A DNA stretch of 64,000 nt. It comes from Amoebidium appalachense (taxonomy: Eukaryota > Protista > Ichthyosporea). Shown in pieces: positions 38,417 to 55,234 of the stretch. Made by a program: the position numbers and the translations under genes. Below the pieces are notes generated by a model that searched no databases, had not been told where the DNA came from, and saw nothing but the letters and a program-made list of their open reading frames with translations. The DNA lies in assembly GCA_963693365.1 (NCBI GenBank), contig CAVNZM010000009.1:9501616-9565615 (forward strand). The letters run 5' to 3'. Numbering within the stretch: position 1 is the first letter of the stretch; each line of letters starts with the position of its first letter.

Positions 38417-39181
38417 AATGTTTCCCTGTATAGCTCCAGGTTTCAAAGTGCGATGTCATTTATCAGCTTCTGGCTTTCAAAACAGATTGTCCCCCATGTA
38501 TCTTTGATTGCATGCTATATATATTGATGTTATGGCAAGCATTCTGTACACATGTAGCTATTTTGTAAATGGAAGTAGAGCTCTTGCTTTATGTGGCGGA
38601 CAACCACTTCGGAGTTTCACGTGCCCACAGTGGTTCTGAGAAGAAACAGACTGCTGCCGCTTATCGTGCCACCGGGCCATTCGAAGTTGGGAATCCTTCT
38701 TTGGAGATCAGTTAGGAAAATATTGAAAAGCCTTGATGTACACATGGGTGGTCTCACCAATCACAGTGTCCACTTCTGCGTGGTGGCCGCTTTAAATGCT
38801 GTCAAGATCCTATATATGGAAAACATAAGTACTTTTCTATTGGACCATGTGGTAGACTGGATCGCTGTGAAACTATATAAATGATGGCCTCGGTCGACCA
38901 CAAACAGCTACCCAACAGAGTAGCTCATGATGCTCTTGAGATAAGCCGTGTGTGCGAGACAGAAGCCGAAAAGAGAACGAAGCAACTTTCCTTGAATCTT
39001 AGCAATCCTATCCCCTAACAGTTGTTTTTGGTTACTGGGGGGGGGGGGGGGGGGGGGGGGGGGATGAAAGCAATAGTAGTTGGGTAACATGTGTGCGAGA
39101 GAGTGTGTGCCTGCAAGCATGTGTGTGCCAGCCTTGCATGTGTGCATGCCCATGTGTATGTATGCGTTTTGTTTGGGGAGG

Positions 39182-39230
<49 letters not shown>

Positions 39231-39368
39231 TTGAGGGGGGAGCGGAGGGAGAGGGGGCGGGGGGTGGGGGGATAAAATACCGAAAGATACTGAGGACGCA
39301 ATTGGTGAGGCAGGGGACCCATATTCGATGAATAGCCTTCGGGCAGAGACGGACGGCCCAATGGCTTG

Positions 39369-39439
<71 letters not shown>

Positions 39440-41155
39440 CTGTTTGTGTGTGCGCGCGCGTGTGTGTGTGTGTGTGTGTGTGTGTTCATGTTCGGGGGGA
39501 AAGGGGAGGGGGGGGGGGGGGGTCAGTATAACTGCTGGAAGGACGCGCCTCTCCCTCCCACCATCTCCGTCCCTCCCTCACTCCCTCCCCCCTCTTCCCC
39601 CCCCCCCCCCCCCCCCCCTTCCCCTCCCCCCCACCCCCGGTATTTCTTTTAGCAGGTATCCCTCCCTCCCTCATTGCCCCACATCCCTCCTTTACATTTC
39701 TTCTCCATTCACCCTTGTTTGTTCTATGTCCCTACACCATTTTACAGTTAAGCACCAGCTGGAAAAGCAGTGGCATATAAAGACTAGTATCCTCGGGGGC
39801 GCCACCACACCATACAATATTCCTCCAATCACATCATTGGGGGATGGCAGTTCATTATGGCATATGCACTGTGGAGCTACAACGACGGAGAAACAGAAAA
39901 AAAGATGCGGATGGCAGAGAGAATTGGATGTCTCTGTGCCTGCGCACGTGCGTGTGGTGGGTGGTGGTGGTGGGGGTGGTGGACATGAAACAAGACAGCA
40001 AAGGTAAGGCACAAGCACAAGGAATCGGTATCTATGTCGTGTCTACGTGTCTGCGTGCATGAGGGGGAGAGGGAAAATGAAAGGAATGAGTGCGAGCACA
40101 TACCTTCCACAACCGGGCGGTATGGGGCATAGGCCACAGGGCGTGGCTTTGTTGAAACCATCTGGTACTGTGTGTCGTTGGGAGGAACCATGGAGGGTTG
40201 GCGACGCAGAGGCATGCCCTCACCCTCATCACCAACCGTGTCCTGTACACAGGAACCGAAAAGAAAGGTGTCAGTGCACGTGTGTGCATGGTGTGTGCAT
40301 GTGTCTGCGCCTGTCTGCGTGTAGCATATCTCTGCATCGGTTTCAGCAATATGTGGTCATTACACGGCCTTGTTGACCACCCCCACCCCCCCCCTCCCCC
40401 CCCCCCCCCCCCCCCCCCCCACACACACACACATACACATACACACCCACCCACCCACCCGCCACCCACCCACCCGCCTTTCTCTATCTCTCTCTCCCTC
40501 CCTCCCTCCCTCCCACTCTCACACACACCCCACCACCACTACCATAAACACAAACAGGTAAAAGCCAGCCACCCTGCCTCCGTTGACATCAAATTTTATG
40601 CGACCTTCTCTAATGGCTGTGTAATGGTTGTCGGCACATGTGTGCATGCATGGCTGTGCAGTGTTTGGTAACTGGATCTATTCGTGTGTGTGGGCTTCCC
40701 GTGTCTGTGTCTGTCTGTGGGTGTGGGGGGGGAGGGATGCATTCATCCCTTTTTTCTCTCTCTTCCCCTTCTACCCCTTCCCCCCTCCCTGTCTCCCCCC
40801 CCCCCCCCCCTCCCCCCATCTCTCTCTCTCTATCTCTCACTCTCACTCTCTCACTTTATCTCCTACCACTTCTTTCCCCCCCTGTGAGTGTATACATGTA
40901 TATGAGCATGTATATTACAGGTGCACATGCACTCGTAACCTACCGTCGGCAAAGCAGGCAGTGCAGGCATCCCTTGCTGCTGACTTTCATCTCTTTGCAG
41001 CCAGCCAGGGGGGGACCCAGGTGCCGTGGTGGGTGGGATGCTGGGGGGCTAGGCCCAGACACGGACATGTCCCCGGCAGCAACTTTGGACCAACGACGTA
41101 CACGGCCATCACCATCACCAGGCCCACTCTGTGTATGCAGACATACGGTGTGAGT

Positions 41156-41204
<49 letters not shown>

Positions 41205-41717
41205 GGGGGGGTGGTATATAGTTGCTGTGATTAGTTATTGTTATATGCCAAGAGGGGGAAGGGGGGGGGGGGGGGGGGGGAGGGGGGGAGGGGGGGGAGG
41301 TAATGCATTAGAGTGCTAAAGATGAGGAGACACCATTGGACAAATACAAAACGTCCCAAACTACGAAATCGAACCATTCAAACAGAAAACATATTATTAC
41401 GAGGGAGGATGGAGAGGGCGAGAGAGATGGGGGGGGGGGGGGGGGGGGGGGGGGGGAGGTTGGTTCAACATATACCTGCAAACTCCGATTCTAGCAGCTG
41501 GACAGTGAGAACTCTGTCTCTGCGCTTGTGTGTGTGTGTGTGTACACGCGTGTGAGTGTGCGTGTGCATGTGCACGCATGTGCCTGTCTGTATGCTTGTA
41601 GGTGTACATGAAAAAGTTGTGTGTCGTGTATCCATGCAACCGTCCGTGCGTGGTTGCATGCTTTTCTATGTGCGCGTACACGGGCGCCTAAATGATTGCC
41701 AAATTGCCATTTACACA

Positions 41718-41910
<193 letters not shown>

Positions 41911-42343
41911 GCGCCAGGTTGAGCATTTTGTTCCTGTAGTTTTGGAAGTAGTTCTTGATTTGGTTCTGTGTCTTTGAGCCTCAGCCAGTTTCTGCCAGTT
42001 GCGCCCACACACCCTAAAATAGCGCATAAAGTCCTGTTTTTCTTCACTGGTCCACAGAGAGATGCTGCGCTTATGCCGGCCTGTACCGTCTCCCCGCCTC
42101 CCCCCCCCCCCTCTCCCTCTTCCCCCCCCCCCCCCCCCCCACCCCTCCCCCCTACCTCGTGGCTATCCATCCTAGCCAGGCCCCTTCTAGGCAGCTCACT
42201 AGTCTCCAGCACCACATCCATGTCCCCATCCTCAACCATGGACCCCTCCAACGGACTGTCCACTGACCCCTGCACGTGATTTTTTTTGTCAGCAGACTGC
42301 TGGGCACTCTGACTAGGCAACCTTGCATGCATGCCTGCCCCCA

Positions 42344-42396
<53 letters not shown>

Positions 42397-42447
42397 CTCC
42401 TCCCCCAAAACACACGCACACACAGACACACCCCCCCCCCCCCCCCC

Positions 42448-42478
<31 letters not shown>

Positions 42479-44902
42479 CGACCATAGCCACCCACCCAAG
42501 CCACACACACACACATTTCTATCTCTTGATGCTGTAGAATACATGCCCAGCCCCCACCACCACCACCCACCCACCCACCCACCCACCCACCCACCCACCC
42601 CTTCTGCCCACGGGCCAATCACATACATGAGGCTCTTACAGCAACACCCATACCATGCAAGTAAATGTCCATACCTACTAGACAGTCCTTTCTTCCCGAT
42701 AATAAACAGGCAAAACTCACTACGGCCGAGGAAAAAACCCTCCAATCCCTAGAGTTATCGTTACCATTCTCCCTCCTACACCCACTCACACATTCTCCCC
42801 CTTCAACACAACACAGATGCACACTCCTCATCTCCTCCCTACACCGTCGTCAACCCCCCCCCCCCCCCCCCCCCCCCCCCCAGAGCCAAACACCCACTTT
42901 TTTTTTTTTTTTTCCCACCTTCGATTCTCCCATTCAGATACAAGCACAACGCCAAAGGCAAGTACAAATATCCTGCCCCCCCCTCGCGGCCCTCCCCCTT
43001 CCCCCCCACCCCCTCCCCCCACCACCACCTCACACACACACACAAACAACCCCCGACAAAATCATACCTCTTCTCTACCCATCTCCCCACCCGCCGACAC
43101 AGACACAGGAACCAACACACACACACACACACACATGCACCCACACACTCACACACGCGTACCATAGTGGATGCCGGTGCCTGGCTACCATCCCCCGCAC
43201 CTCCAATCCCCTCCAAAGGCTTAGGCCTCTCCCTACTCTTCTTCTCCCGTCCGCCCACACCCGCACCCTCACCCGCCTCTCCATTCTCCGCCTCTCCCTC
43301 CTCCCCACCCACAGCATCCGACCCGCCACCTGCCCCGCCTCTGCCTGTCTGCTCATCTGTGCCTGTAGTTCCAATCTCTTTGCTTTCTCTCTTGCTCTCT
43401 TCTCTCTCTGTAACTGCGTTCTTCTCGCCTTTTGTCTCGCTATCTCTTCCGCTTGTTTCTGTTCTGCCGTCAATTCAACCTCTCCCGACCCATCCCCTCC
43501 CTGCGTCGACCCACCCACTCCCGCCGCTGCCGCCGCCGACAGTGTAAGTGGCGCGCTCCCAGAAACCGAGCTTATTGGTGTTGGTTAGGTCTGCACGGGT
43601 GGAGGGGGAAGAATGACAACCGGTGCCATTGTTTCTAGCTGCCTGGGTGGGGGCAGAATCACCCTCCACCTTTGTAGAACTTCGTGTTCCAGTTCCTCCT
43701 CCCTCATCATGCTCTCATCACCCGCCACCCGGGACTGTGTTGTGGCGTCACTGTGGGGCTGCCATAGCCCACCTGGGCGCACGGCCGCCTCCGCGTATGG
43801 GAGCCCCCCCTCCCTTATACCCCCTATACCGGTGCCAAATAGCGACGGGGGGCCGTAATATCCGTGCGGGTGGGTGGGCGTTCGTGGGGGTTCCTCCATT
43901 GTTTGGAAGGTGTGGTCGTGCGTGGAATCGTGGGTGGAGAGGGAGGGCAGGTACCTACACCCTGCCAACGTGTGTCCCTATCCGCCGGCTGAGGTGGGGC
44001 GCCATATCCGGTATGGGCCAAACTCTCCCCATACATCCCTGCCTCTGTGCGTGGAATGGAGGCGGGGAGTACGGATGCACCTGTCTCCCCAACAGACGCT
44101 GATGTTTCTGACTGGGATTCGGTGGGTGGAAGGGGAACGTTTGCAGATGTTGTTGTTTGCGGTGCAGGGGTGGGGGTGGGGGGTGCCGTATCTGCAGGGG
44201 GTGACTCGACAGTCGATGTTTCCTGCAGTTTTGCGCGTTGTCTCCCCCTCGGTCTCTTTGCCTTTCCCTGTGCCGGTTGTTCTTCCTCTCCCTCTCCCTC
44301 CCCGCCCCCTTCCCCACCACCGTTTCCGGCAGATGACGTATCCTGCTCCTCCCCTGGTGGTTTGGGTGTCCCCGCTTCGCTTTCCGGTTCTCGTGTTCGT
44401 GCCTTTCGTTTTCTCCCCTTTTGTTCTTCCGTGGGTGTTCCATACTGTTCCACTTCCTCCCCCCTTCCCTGCCCACCCTCATCTTCCCCCTCCCCTTCTT
44501 CGTCTTCGTTCATTCGACGTCGTTTCCGTTCCTTGCCTGACCCCTTGCGGGGCGTGGAGGTAGTGGTGTCGTCGATGGATTGGGATTTCTGCGCATGTAA
44601 AATGCGTAGATGTCAGAAGCCATCACTTTGTTTCTTCCTTTCCTCCTTTTTCTTTTCCTCTCTGTGTGTCTTTTTTTGGTTCGCCCTTCACCACGGTAAG
44701 TCGTTGGGGGTACACACAAAAAGCAAACGAAAGCACACAAAAAGCAAACGAAACTACACCTGCCTGGAGTGTAACATGAAAGCTGAAATGCAAAAGAGCA
44801 CACAGCCCACCCAGCACGTACCCCACACCCAGACGATCGAATGTGCAACCCTCCACGCGCGTTGTTGATTCACATGCCACATCCTTGGCCACGTGCAGAA
44901 CC

Positions 44903-44934
<32 letters not shown>

Positions 44935-45189
44935 CCCCGGGAAGGGGGAGAGGGGGAAGAGGGGGAAGAGGGGGGGGGGGGGGGGGGAGGGGGGGGGGGG
45001 GATATAGTTCTTATCAATATCATTTGTTGTGAGGTTGATCATGGTGCTCAGCTGATGAGGAAGCAAGAGGCCTCTCCAGGGAGAGGGGGGGGGGGGTAGG
45101 AGAGGTAAATTTTGAATAATATTCCATAAATAAGCAATATGTGGTACAAAATCGAAAGCAATAAGAATACCAGATGTGAATAACAAGCT

Positions 45190-45227
<38 letters not shown>

Positions 45228-46395
45228 CGTAATGGTTCATTTCTTGGTGTTGATCTATCTTTGGGGGGGAGGGGGGGGGGGGGGGGGGGGGGAATGACAT
45301 GGCAGCCGTCGAGGGAGTGTGTGTTGAGGTTATTGAAGGTGGTGGTGGTGCGCGTGTGAGTGTATAACGAGAGCAACCGGAGACGTTAGTGTGTGTGTGC
45401 GCGCACGCGCGTGAGCTTCGACAAGCTCGGGTCAGTGGACCTGATCAAGTCCGAGACAACAAACAACTCCACAAACGTCAAGGATGAAACTCCCCCTGGC
45501 GCGTGTGTAGGGGGGGGGGGGGGGGGAGGGGGGAGGGGGCATATTAGCACGTACCCTCTTAGGTTTCCTCTCACGATCATCATCGCCATCGCCAGAGTCC
45601 TTATTCTGTGCACAGACAATACCCATCACAATACCCATCAGTATGCATCAGGGTTTCACCCACACGTCTGCTAGACTCAGAATTACTAGCCTCCGAACAC
45701 ACTTTTATGACTCACGGCCCGTGCGAACTTAAACGCACAAACAGATAGGACAGACGTACAGAGACATGCACCCACACACACATCCGCACCAACACAGCTC
45801 TGTTCGGATTCCGTGCAGTCAATGTAAACCCCCCCCCCCCCAAAAAAAAAAAAAAAAAAAAATGTGCATTCTTTTCAGGACGTCGAAGTTCAGCCCTCTC
45901 AACTCCTCCCTGCTCCCCGCTCCCTGCTCCCCCCCCCCTCCCAGCCCCCTGCAAACCCTCGAAAACTAAAGCAACCTACCCACCCACCCACCCACTTCCA
46001 TCCTTCCACCGACCTACCCATCCCCATCCCCATCCCACTCCTCCTCCCCCACCTGCCCCTCCACACCCCCCCCCCCCCCCAAACACACACACACACATAC
46101 ACACACACACACACATACCCTTTGCCCCTTTCTCCACCCACCACCCCACCCCAACCCACCTTCCCATCCTCGCTCTGGTTGTCCACACTCAACCTCCTCC
46201 TCTGCTCAAACTCATCAATAACACTCTCCAAATTCAGTCTCCTCTTGTAGTTGTGGTAGAAGTTCTTGCACTGCGATTCCGTCTTGGTTCCAATCTCCTT
46301 GAACATAAGCCCCCAGTTTCGCCCGTGCTGCAAGGTAGAAAAATGTTAATGAAAATGTTAATATCGGATTGACAATAAGGGAGCAAAAGTTCAAT

Positions 46396-46573
46396 ACAGA
46401 CTACGTACCCCGGCAAGGTACTGATATTAGCTGACTGCCGGCCGGCATTCAAACTGAAATGAGGTCCCTCTATTTACTACTAGTTGTGGAAGTAAATGAT
46501 GTGACGTCATTTTAGATTGAAAGCCAGCCGGCAGTCGGCTAATATCAGTAGCCTGCCGGGGTACGTAGTCTGT
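46396..46573. mobile_element. Intronic palindromic MITE
   Basis: ACAGACTACGTACCCCGGCA...TGCCGGGGTACGTAGTCTGT; the whole element folds back imperfectly. Confidence 0.8.
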
Positions 46574-46671
46574 TTAAACCCTAAGTCGTTCAAAAACAAT
46601 TCACACAGCCCTCCTATCCCTCTCCCTCCAAACTCTCTTTTCCCTTAACTGGCTATTTTCCCCCTCTTCCA

Positions 46672-47886
<1,215 letters not shown>

Positions 47887-47916
47887 TGCGCGCGCGCATG
47901 TGTGTGTGTGTGTGTG

Positions 47917-47962
<46 letters not shown>

Positions 47963-47986
47963 CGCGCATGTGTGTGTGTGTGTGTG

Positions 47987-48022
<36 letters not shown>

Positions 48023-48670
48023 GCCGTGTGTGCGTGCGTGTGTGTGCAAGCACGGGTGTGCGGTTATGTGACACTGCACTCCTGTGTTCATTGAGCATAG
48101 CTTGTGCCGTTGTTCAGGCACCTATGATGTGTGTGTGTGTGTGTTTGCGTTGTGTTTGCGGGTCTCTCTCTCTCTCTCCCCCCCCTTCCCCCCCCTCCCC
48201 CCCCCCCCCCCCCCCCTCCCTCCCTCCCTCCCTCTCTCTCTCTCTCTCTCTCTGCGTGTGTGTGCATGCGCACACTAGGTTTTAGAGCACGTAGATGTGT
48301 ACCCTCATGTATGTATTGCACATATGCATGCCCGTGCACGTGCACATGCCTTATACCCACCAGCCTCAGCGGCTCCTTAGCCTGCTCTATCTCCTCGTCC
48401 TGCCACGATGCCGTCTCCTTGATCCCATCACCCATGTTCTCACGTGACAGCGCCCTCTCCCGTGTCTTGGCCGGCTGCATATAAAGAAAAAAAAAAAAAA
48501 CCAGTATTGGTTAACCTATTGATATGTCCCACAATTGTTTTACTTATCACGCGCCACCTTAACAATGTGACGTAATCTTCACACTATCCCGATGTGCTGT
48601 TCCTGGTACTAACAAACTGCGAACGCATGCACGCATACCATAATGTAGCCACCTTTTCTCTTGGAACCGC

Positions 48671-48717
<47 letters not shown>

Positions 48718-48955
48718 AGCACCCCTATCTCCCCTCTTCCCTCCCTCCACTAACCTTCGTTTTTGGCCCACGTGCACTTGTTGCTGGGGTCTCCTGTCTG
48801 CTGGGCGGGGGGGTCTCTTCGTATGCCTCCACTTGGTCCTGAGGGGTAACTATTAGTTAGTTGCAGAACACATCGCCAATTAGCCATAAAGGTTACAACA
48901 GAACCACAACCGTCCTTCATGCCTGAAATTCGAAGCTTGAGACGTCTAAAAGCAA

Positions 48956-48988
<33 letters not shown>

Positions 48989-49204
48989 GTGTGTGCGTGT
49001 GCATGTGCGTGTGCGCGCGTGTGTGTGTGTGTGTGTGTGCGTGCGTGCGTGCACGCGTACGTGTGTGTGAGTGTGCATATGCGTGTGTACGTGCGTGCGT
49101 GCAAGCACATGCCTCATACAAACATAGAAACCTTTAGATAGGAACGTGCAGCACCTAAACTGCACTGATCAGCAGATTGGGGCGGAATGGGAGAACGCCG
49201 GGCG

Positions 49205-49370
49205 GGGGGGGTTTGAATGCGGAACACGGTACGAGGTACGCATACACGATGAGAAGCATGGTGCAAACATTCAAGTATGCAACATCAGCCATGCGCACAG
49301 TATGCATCATAAACAGAGCCCATCCTCAGGGAGGGCCCAAGTCATCAAGTGCGTCTGAGTTTCGACCCCT
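49205..49370 (+). repeat. Dispersed ~170-bp repeat copy (intronic)
   Basis: TTGAATGCGGAACACGG...CAGAGCCCATCCTCAGGGAGGGCCCAA...GAGTTTCGACCCC. Confidence 0.75.
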
Positions 49371-49600
49371 TAGCCCGCGTATATACGACTCTCCAACTCA
49401 GACAGCAGCATCAACTGAACTTGGGAGGGTCAACCCGTCTTGATCAAAGACGAGCAGGGTTGCTTATGCAAGCAAGGTGAGCAAAACGGTGAAGATGTGC
49501 GTGCAAACTAATGCAGTGCAGGGAAAAAATGTGTATGTGCTTACAGATGCACGCCGGGGCGGGGGGGGGGGGGGGGGGGGGGGGGGGCCAGGGAGGGAGG

Positions 49601-49663
<63 letters not shown>

Positions 49664-50446
49664 GGAGGGAGGGAGGAGGGGAGGGGGGGGGGGGGAAGGG
49701 TAAAAAAACCATGGTAGGTTTCCGTTTCTTCGTGCCCAGATTGGCAATGACCATGGCCTTGTACCCGACCTTCTTCTTGGAGGCACAGTAGTAGGCCACA
49801 CAGTCGCTGATGCTCTTGCCCGGTAGGAACACCGCTATACACCCATAGTTCTTCGGGTGCTGAAAAAACCTGGGGGGGGGGGGGGGAGGGGGGGAAGAAA
49901 AAAAAAAAAAAAGGAAGGGAGGGAGGGGGGAAATGGTTAGGGATGGTACGACAGTTTCAACAGGTCGTATAATTGGGAATGAGAGATGAGTGAAGGTCGT
50001 GCATACAGCAGAAGAATAAGGGGTGAAAAGAAGACCGGTAAAGGTACACCCGATACCACCCTCCCACCTACTGCTCTCGTCCTTACTCTATATACAGATA
50101 GATAAATTGGGCAACTGCAAACACATACAAACACAGAGACAGCCGCTTAAACAGCAGTAGCAAAACGTGAATCCACAAAAAGGCTATGAGTGGAGAGGAA
50201 AGGAGGAGAAGGTGAAACAACCGCGTGCTCTTGTGATACAAAAAACACGAACAACAGAAATACACACACACACAAACACAGTTGTGCTTGTCTGTCCATG
50301 GCGAAGCCTCCCTCACCCCCCCCCCCCCCCCCCCCCCCTCACCCCCCCTCTCACCCCCTCCCCACCCCGCCCGGCTCACACACCGCACACACACACACGT
50401 TTTTGTCGGCATCAGCCATGCCCCCGTCCCCTATCTTTATCCCCCA

Positions 50447-50486
<40 letters not shown>

Positions 50487-50641
50487 CCACACACACCCAA
50501 TCCCCACCACACTTCCTTCTTCCCTGTCACTGTGCCCCTCCCCCTCCCTCCCCCTCTTCCCCCCCCCCCCCCCCCCCCACCCCTCACCCACCCGCCCCCC
50601 TTCCCAGTCCCTGCCACCACCACCCACCCATCCCCTCCCCC

Positions 50642-50710
<69 letters not shown>

Positions 50711-52663
50711 ATACTTTTCCGTGAAGATGTGCTGCTCGTGTGGCTCCCAGCAGACCAGGGTCTTGTGGGGGGCAGCCACCTGGGGCAGGTCTGGGATCAG
50801 GCCGTTTGTGTCCACTTAGTGGTAGCGCTCACGTTCAGCACGGTCAAGAATCATACCGGAAACGGGGCTGCTGTGGTCTCGTCTCTGCAGGTAGAGGCGT
50901 CAGAAAAATGAGGTGGGCTGGGGATATGAGCTAATATGTGAGGATCAGAGGAGAGAGAAAGCAACAGGCAGTAACAACGAGGGGGGAGGGGGGGGGGGGG
51001 GGAGCGGGGCTTTGCCTAGGTGTGAGAAAAGCGATGTGAGACGGGGAGGGGGGGGGGAGGGGGGTTTGGTTTTGTTTTCCGGTTTTTTTTTTTTTTTTGT
51101 TTTGTTTGTATGACTGGACGGGCGCCATGTCGCAAATGAATGTTGCCTGAATGCACCTGTGTGCACGGGTGTGTGTGTGTGTGTGTGCATGCCAGTGTGT
51201 GCGCGCGCATGTGTGTGGGGGGGGGTGGTTGCTCGTGCGTATGCATGTGTGTGTGTAGATGTGTGGGTGGAATGTGCGTGAACTTGCATAGACGTGCACA
51301 CACCTTGCTTTCTGCGTCTTGGCCTTATTTGCCTGTGCTTCGGCCTCAAGTTTCTTGGTCCATGTCTCCTGTTTCGGGAGAGAACGTAAGACACCACCAA
51401 TTAAAACTTGTCCTCAGTGATGGCCGTAAGCTACAGAATGACGCAAAACATAAAACCAGTACTGTCCGGCTCGCCCCGGTCCATCAAGAGACACGTGGGG
51501 GAAAAAATTCGGATTCACGACATTCTATCCTGCCCCCCCCCCCCCCCCCCCCCCCACCCCATTAACAGAAAGAATGACAAGACATTCACCAACTCCCCCT
51601 TTCCCCCTCCCCCCCTTCCCCCGGGAAAACCGCCACCGTCAAGCTACACAATAAAAGAAGGGCCTACACCCTGCCACTCTTACACAGCCAGGCACGGTGG
51701 ATATGAACACTAACAGCTCATTGTCGCCCCCCCCCCCCCCCCCCCCCCCCCCCCCCACCACCACCACCACCAACCACAACACACACACACACCAATAAAC
51801 AAAAAAAAAATAAAAAAATACATAATAATAAAAAAAAAACTAAACCGATCCCCGACACTGAAACCACACAAACCTTCCGCCCATCCTTTTCCCTTCCATT
51901 TCTTTCCTGGTGCTTCATCATGCCCGTTACACACCCACACTTACATCCACAAAACAACAATATAGTGCAGTCACACGAACAAACGTAACGACACCAACAC
52001 CTGCCAGCCATGCCCAACCCATGCTTCACCCCCCCCATCAGCATGCACACCCCCACCCGCCAACATACACACGCAAGTGTGCACACACCTAACCCCCCCC
52101 TTCCCCCTCCTGCACACCATACACCCCAGCCCCCACACCGAACCATCCCCCCACCCGTGCGCACACGAACCCACACTAATCTACACACACAACCAAACCA
52201 ACACACTCCCGCGCACACCCACATATCAGACACACACACCCACACCCCCACACACCCATCCGTCCACGCACGCACCCACCCCAACCCACCAAAACACACT
52301 CACACACTCCCCCCCCCCCCCCCCCCCCCCCCCCAAACCCACCAACACACACACCCCTCCCCCCCCCCCCCCTCCCCCCCCCCCCCCCCCCCCCCCCCCC
52401 CAGTCCCACCTCCACACACGAACGCACGCACGCACGTACGCACGCACGCATGCACACACGCACGCAAGCAAGCACGCACGCACGCACGCACGCCAAACGC
52501 ACGCACGCACGCGTGCACGCACGCACGCACACACACACCCACACACCAACAAACCCTTTACCCTCCACACCCATAACCCCCCCCCCCCCCCTCCCCCTAC
52601 ACACACCCATAAACCCCCCCCCCTCCCCCCCCCCCCCAAAAAGAAAACACACACCCACCATAG

Positions 52664-55152
52664 TGGTTGAAGCCCATTCACACCTATTACCACTGCTTAG
52701 GTTGATTCTTGACAACAGCAAGAGGTATGTGCGATATGTTTTTTTTAGTTGTACACGTACAGCATGTTTTATTTTTTAGTTGTACACGTACGGCATGTGG
52801 GTTGGATATGCTGGTATCGGATACACTTTCTTGCTTGTGAGATGGAGTAAACATGAATGTGTAACTGGTCAAGATACTTGCACGCTTGTGGGGCTGGATA
52901 CAGTTTTATAAACATTAACAGTGGATATGCTTGTATTCGGTGGGGGGAGGGGAGGGTGGGGGGGGGGGGGGGGGGGGGGGGGAGGGGGTGATGAAGTGTT
53001 GGACTGTGCGGTGGGACTCTTAATTAGAACACAGAATGAGAAGAAAATCAAGTTTGGGTGATGTTGGTGCCTACCCGTGGATTGGCAGTGGTGATGGTGG
53101 TGGCAGGACAGAGCGGGTGGGGGGGGGGGGGGGGGGGGGGGGGGGGACAGGCGGGGGGAGGGGGGAAGGGGGAGACCCTAAAGGCTTGGGGGGCAGATGA
53201 CCTCTTACCTGTGTGTGTGTATGTTTTGCCACGTGTGCACGTGAATATTTGTGTTTGTATATGTGCATGGATGGATGTTTGCGCGCATGTGTTATGTCTT
53301 GGGGTCTGTGTTCCAATTATGCAAGGAACGTGCACATGTGTTGTGCACAAGCGCATGTGCATGTGTGTGCGTATACAAGTTTGCCTGTGCGTGTCCCTGT
53401 GTGCATGTGTGCAGGGGCCCTCTCGCAAAGGTGTGGACAGGGTGAAGGCAGGCGGGGGGGGGGGGGGGGGGGGGGGGGAGGGAGAGAGGGGAGCTGGCGG
53501 AGGGGAGGGGGGGAGGGGGGTGAGGGGAAAGGAGGGAGAGGGGGCAGGGGAGGGGGGGGGGGGGGGGAGGAGGGGGATAGCGCGGGGGGGGGGGGGGGGG
53601 GGGTATATATGGGAGAGATGAGGTCGGATAGGGACAGGGGATTAGGGAAGAGAGAGAGAGAAAGAGAACGAGAAAGGTAGGGAAAGGAGGGATGAGGTGG
53701 GGAAGGGGGGGGGGGGGGGGGGGAGGAGGGGGGGGGGAGGCACGCGAGAGAGAGAGAGAGAGAAAGGCAAAAAGAGAAGGGCAATTAGGCGAGAGACACG
53801 AAGCAGAAAAAGTTTTTGGAGAAAGGGTGCATCTGGTGTCATTTCATTGCGTCTATATTATAGATTCTTGATAAATAGTAACTGTATCAGTGTTTGCTTC
53901 AAGAAAAAAGGACAACTGTCAAATATGCTCACAATCTAGGCATGCACATTTTCTTACCTTTCTGTTGTATATTTAACCATTTCAACACCTCAAGAAACAC
54001 TCACAATCGATGTATATGCTCACACGCAAGGCACACCACACACTCATTTTCAAAACGTTGTTTTGACACCCACACGTGTGTTCTTTTCCCACAAGATTCT
54101 ACTTTACGGGGAAACGTCTTGCAAAAGCGCTGGAAAAATACGAAACCAATGCAACTTATACGGTGCCCATCAAACATAAGATGGCTGCCAAAGAGGTTGG
54201 TCTGAACGACCTACAAAGCATGGTGGAAGGTGGGTGGTTCATGTTGTGTTCAATTCTTGATTTGTTTTCCTGTCTGTGTGCCCCCCTCCCCCCCCCCCCC
54301 CCTCCTGCCCCTGTCCCCTCCTCCCCCCCCCCCCCCCCCAAAAAAAAAAAAAAAAAAAAAGAAAAACATACACACACCTCCCTCCCATATTCTCTCTCTA
54401 CTTCTTCTTTCTTTTGCTTCTCCCCTCTCCCCCCCCCCCCCCCCCCCCGCCCTCCTCCCCTTCCCCCCCCCCCCCCCCTGGTCCCCTTCCCTGGGAGATG
54501 AGGGAGGTGTGAGTTTGTGGTGTGGGTCGATGGGGGATGGGGTGTGTGTGTGCGGGTGGGTGGGTTTTTTTGGGAGGGGGGGTGGGAGAGGGGGAGGGGG
54601 AGGGAAGGGGGAGGGGGGAGGAGGAGGGATGGGTTAGTAGATGGGCGTGAAAAGATTTAGGGACCCTGGCATTCCGTTCTCTTTTGTAGTTGCTTCCCAC
54701 CCACCCACACATACCCCCACACCCCTCTCTCTTCCTTCCTTATTCCCAACCACTCACCCATTCGTCGTCAAACTAAAAAAAAAGCCATTCTTTCATGTGA
54801 AGGTGTAAGGGGAACAGACTACAATCATAGGCACCACGTACGTGTCTGTTACAATTGTTTTAAATCTATGCATTAGTTTTAATTTCTTACTTGCTCTCCC
54901 AGCCATCCTCTCTCTCCTCCCCCCCCCCCCCCCCCTTGACCATACCTCTCCTATCCACCCCCCCCCCCCCCCTTCCCCCGCCCCTCTCCCCTTTAACAGG
55001 CATACACACACACCATGGCAATAGTTGACACGCTCACGTGCACACACTCTAACACGCGCACACACGCGCGCGCGCACACACACACACACACAGGGAGGGG
55101 GGGGGAGGGGTGAGGAGGTGGGGCGGGGAACACACACCCACACCCACACCCA

Positions 55153-55234
<82 letters not shown>

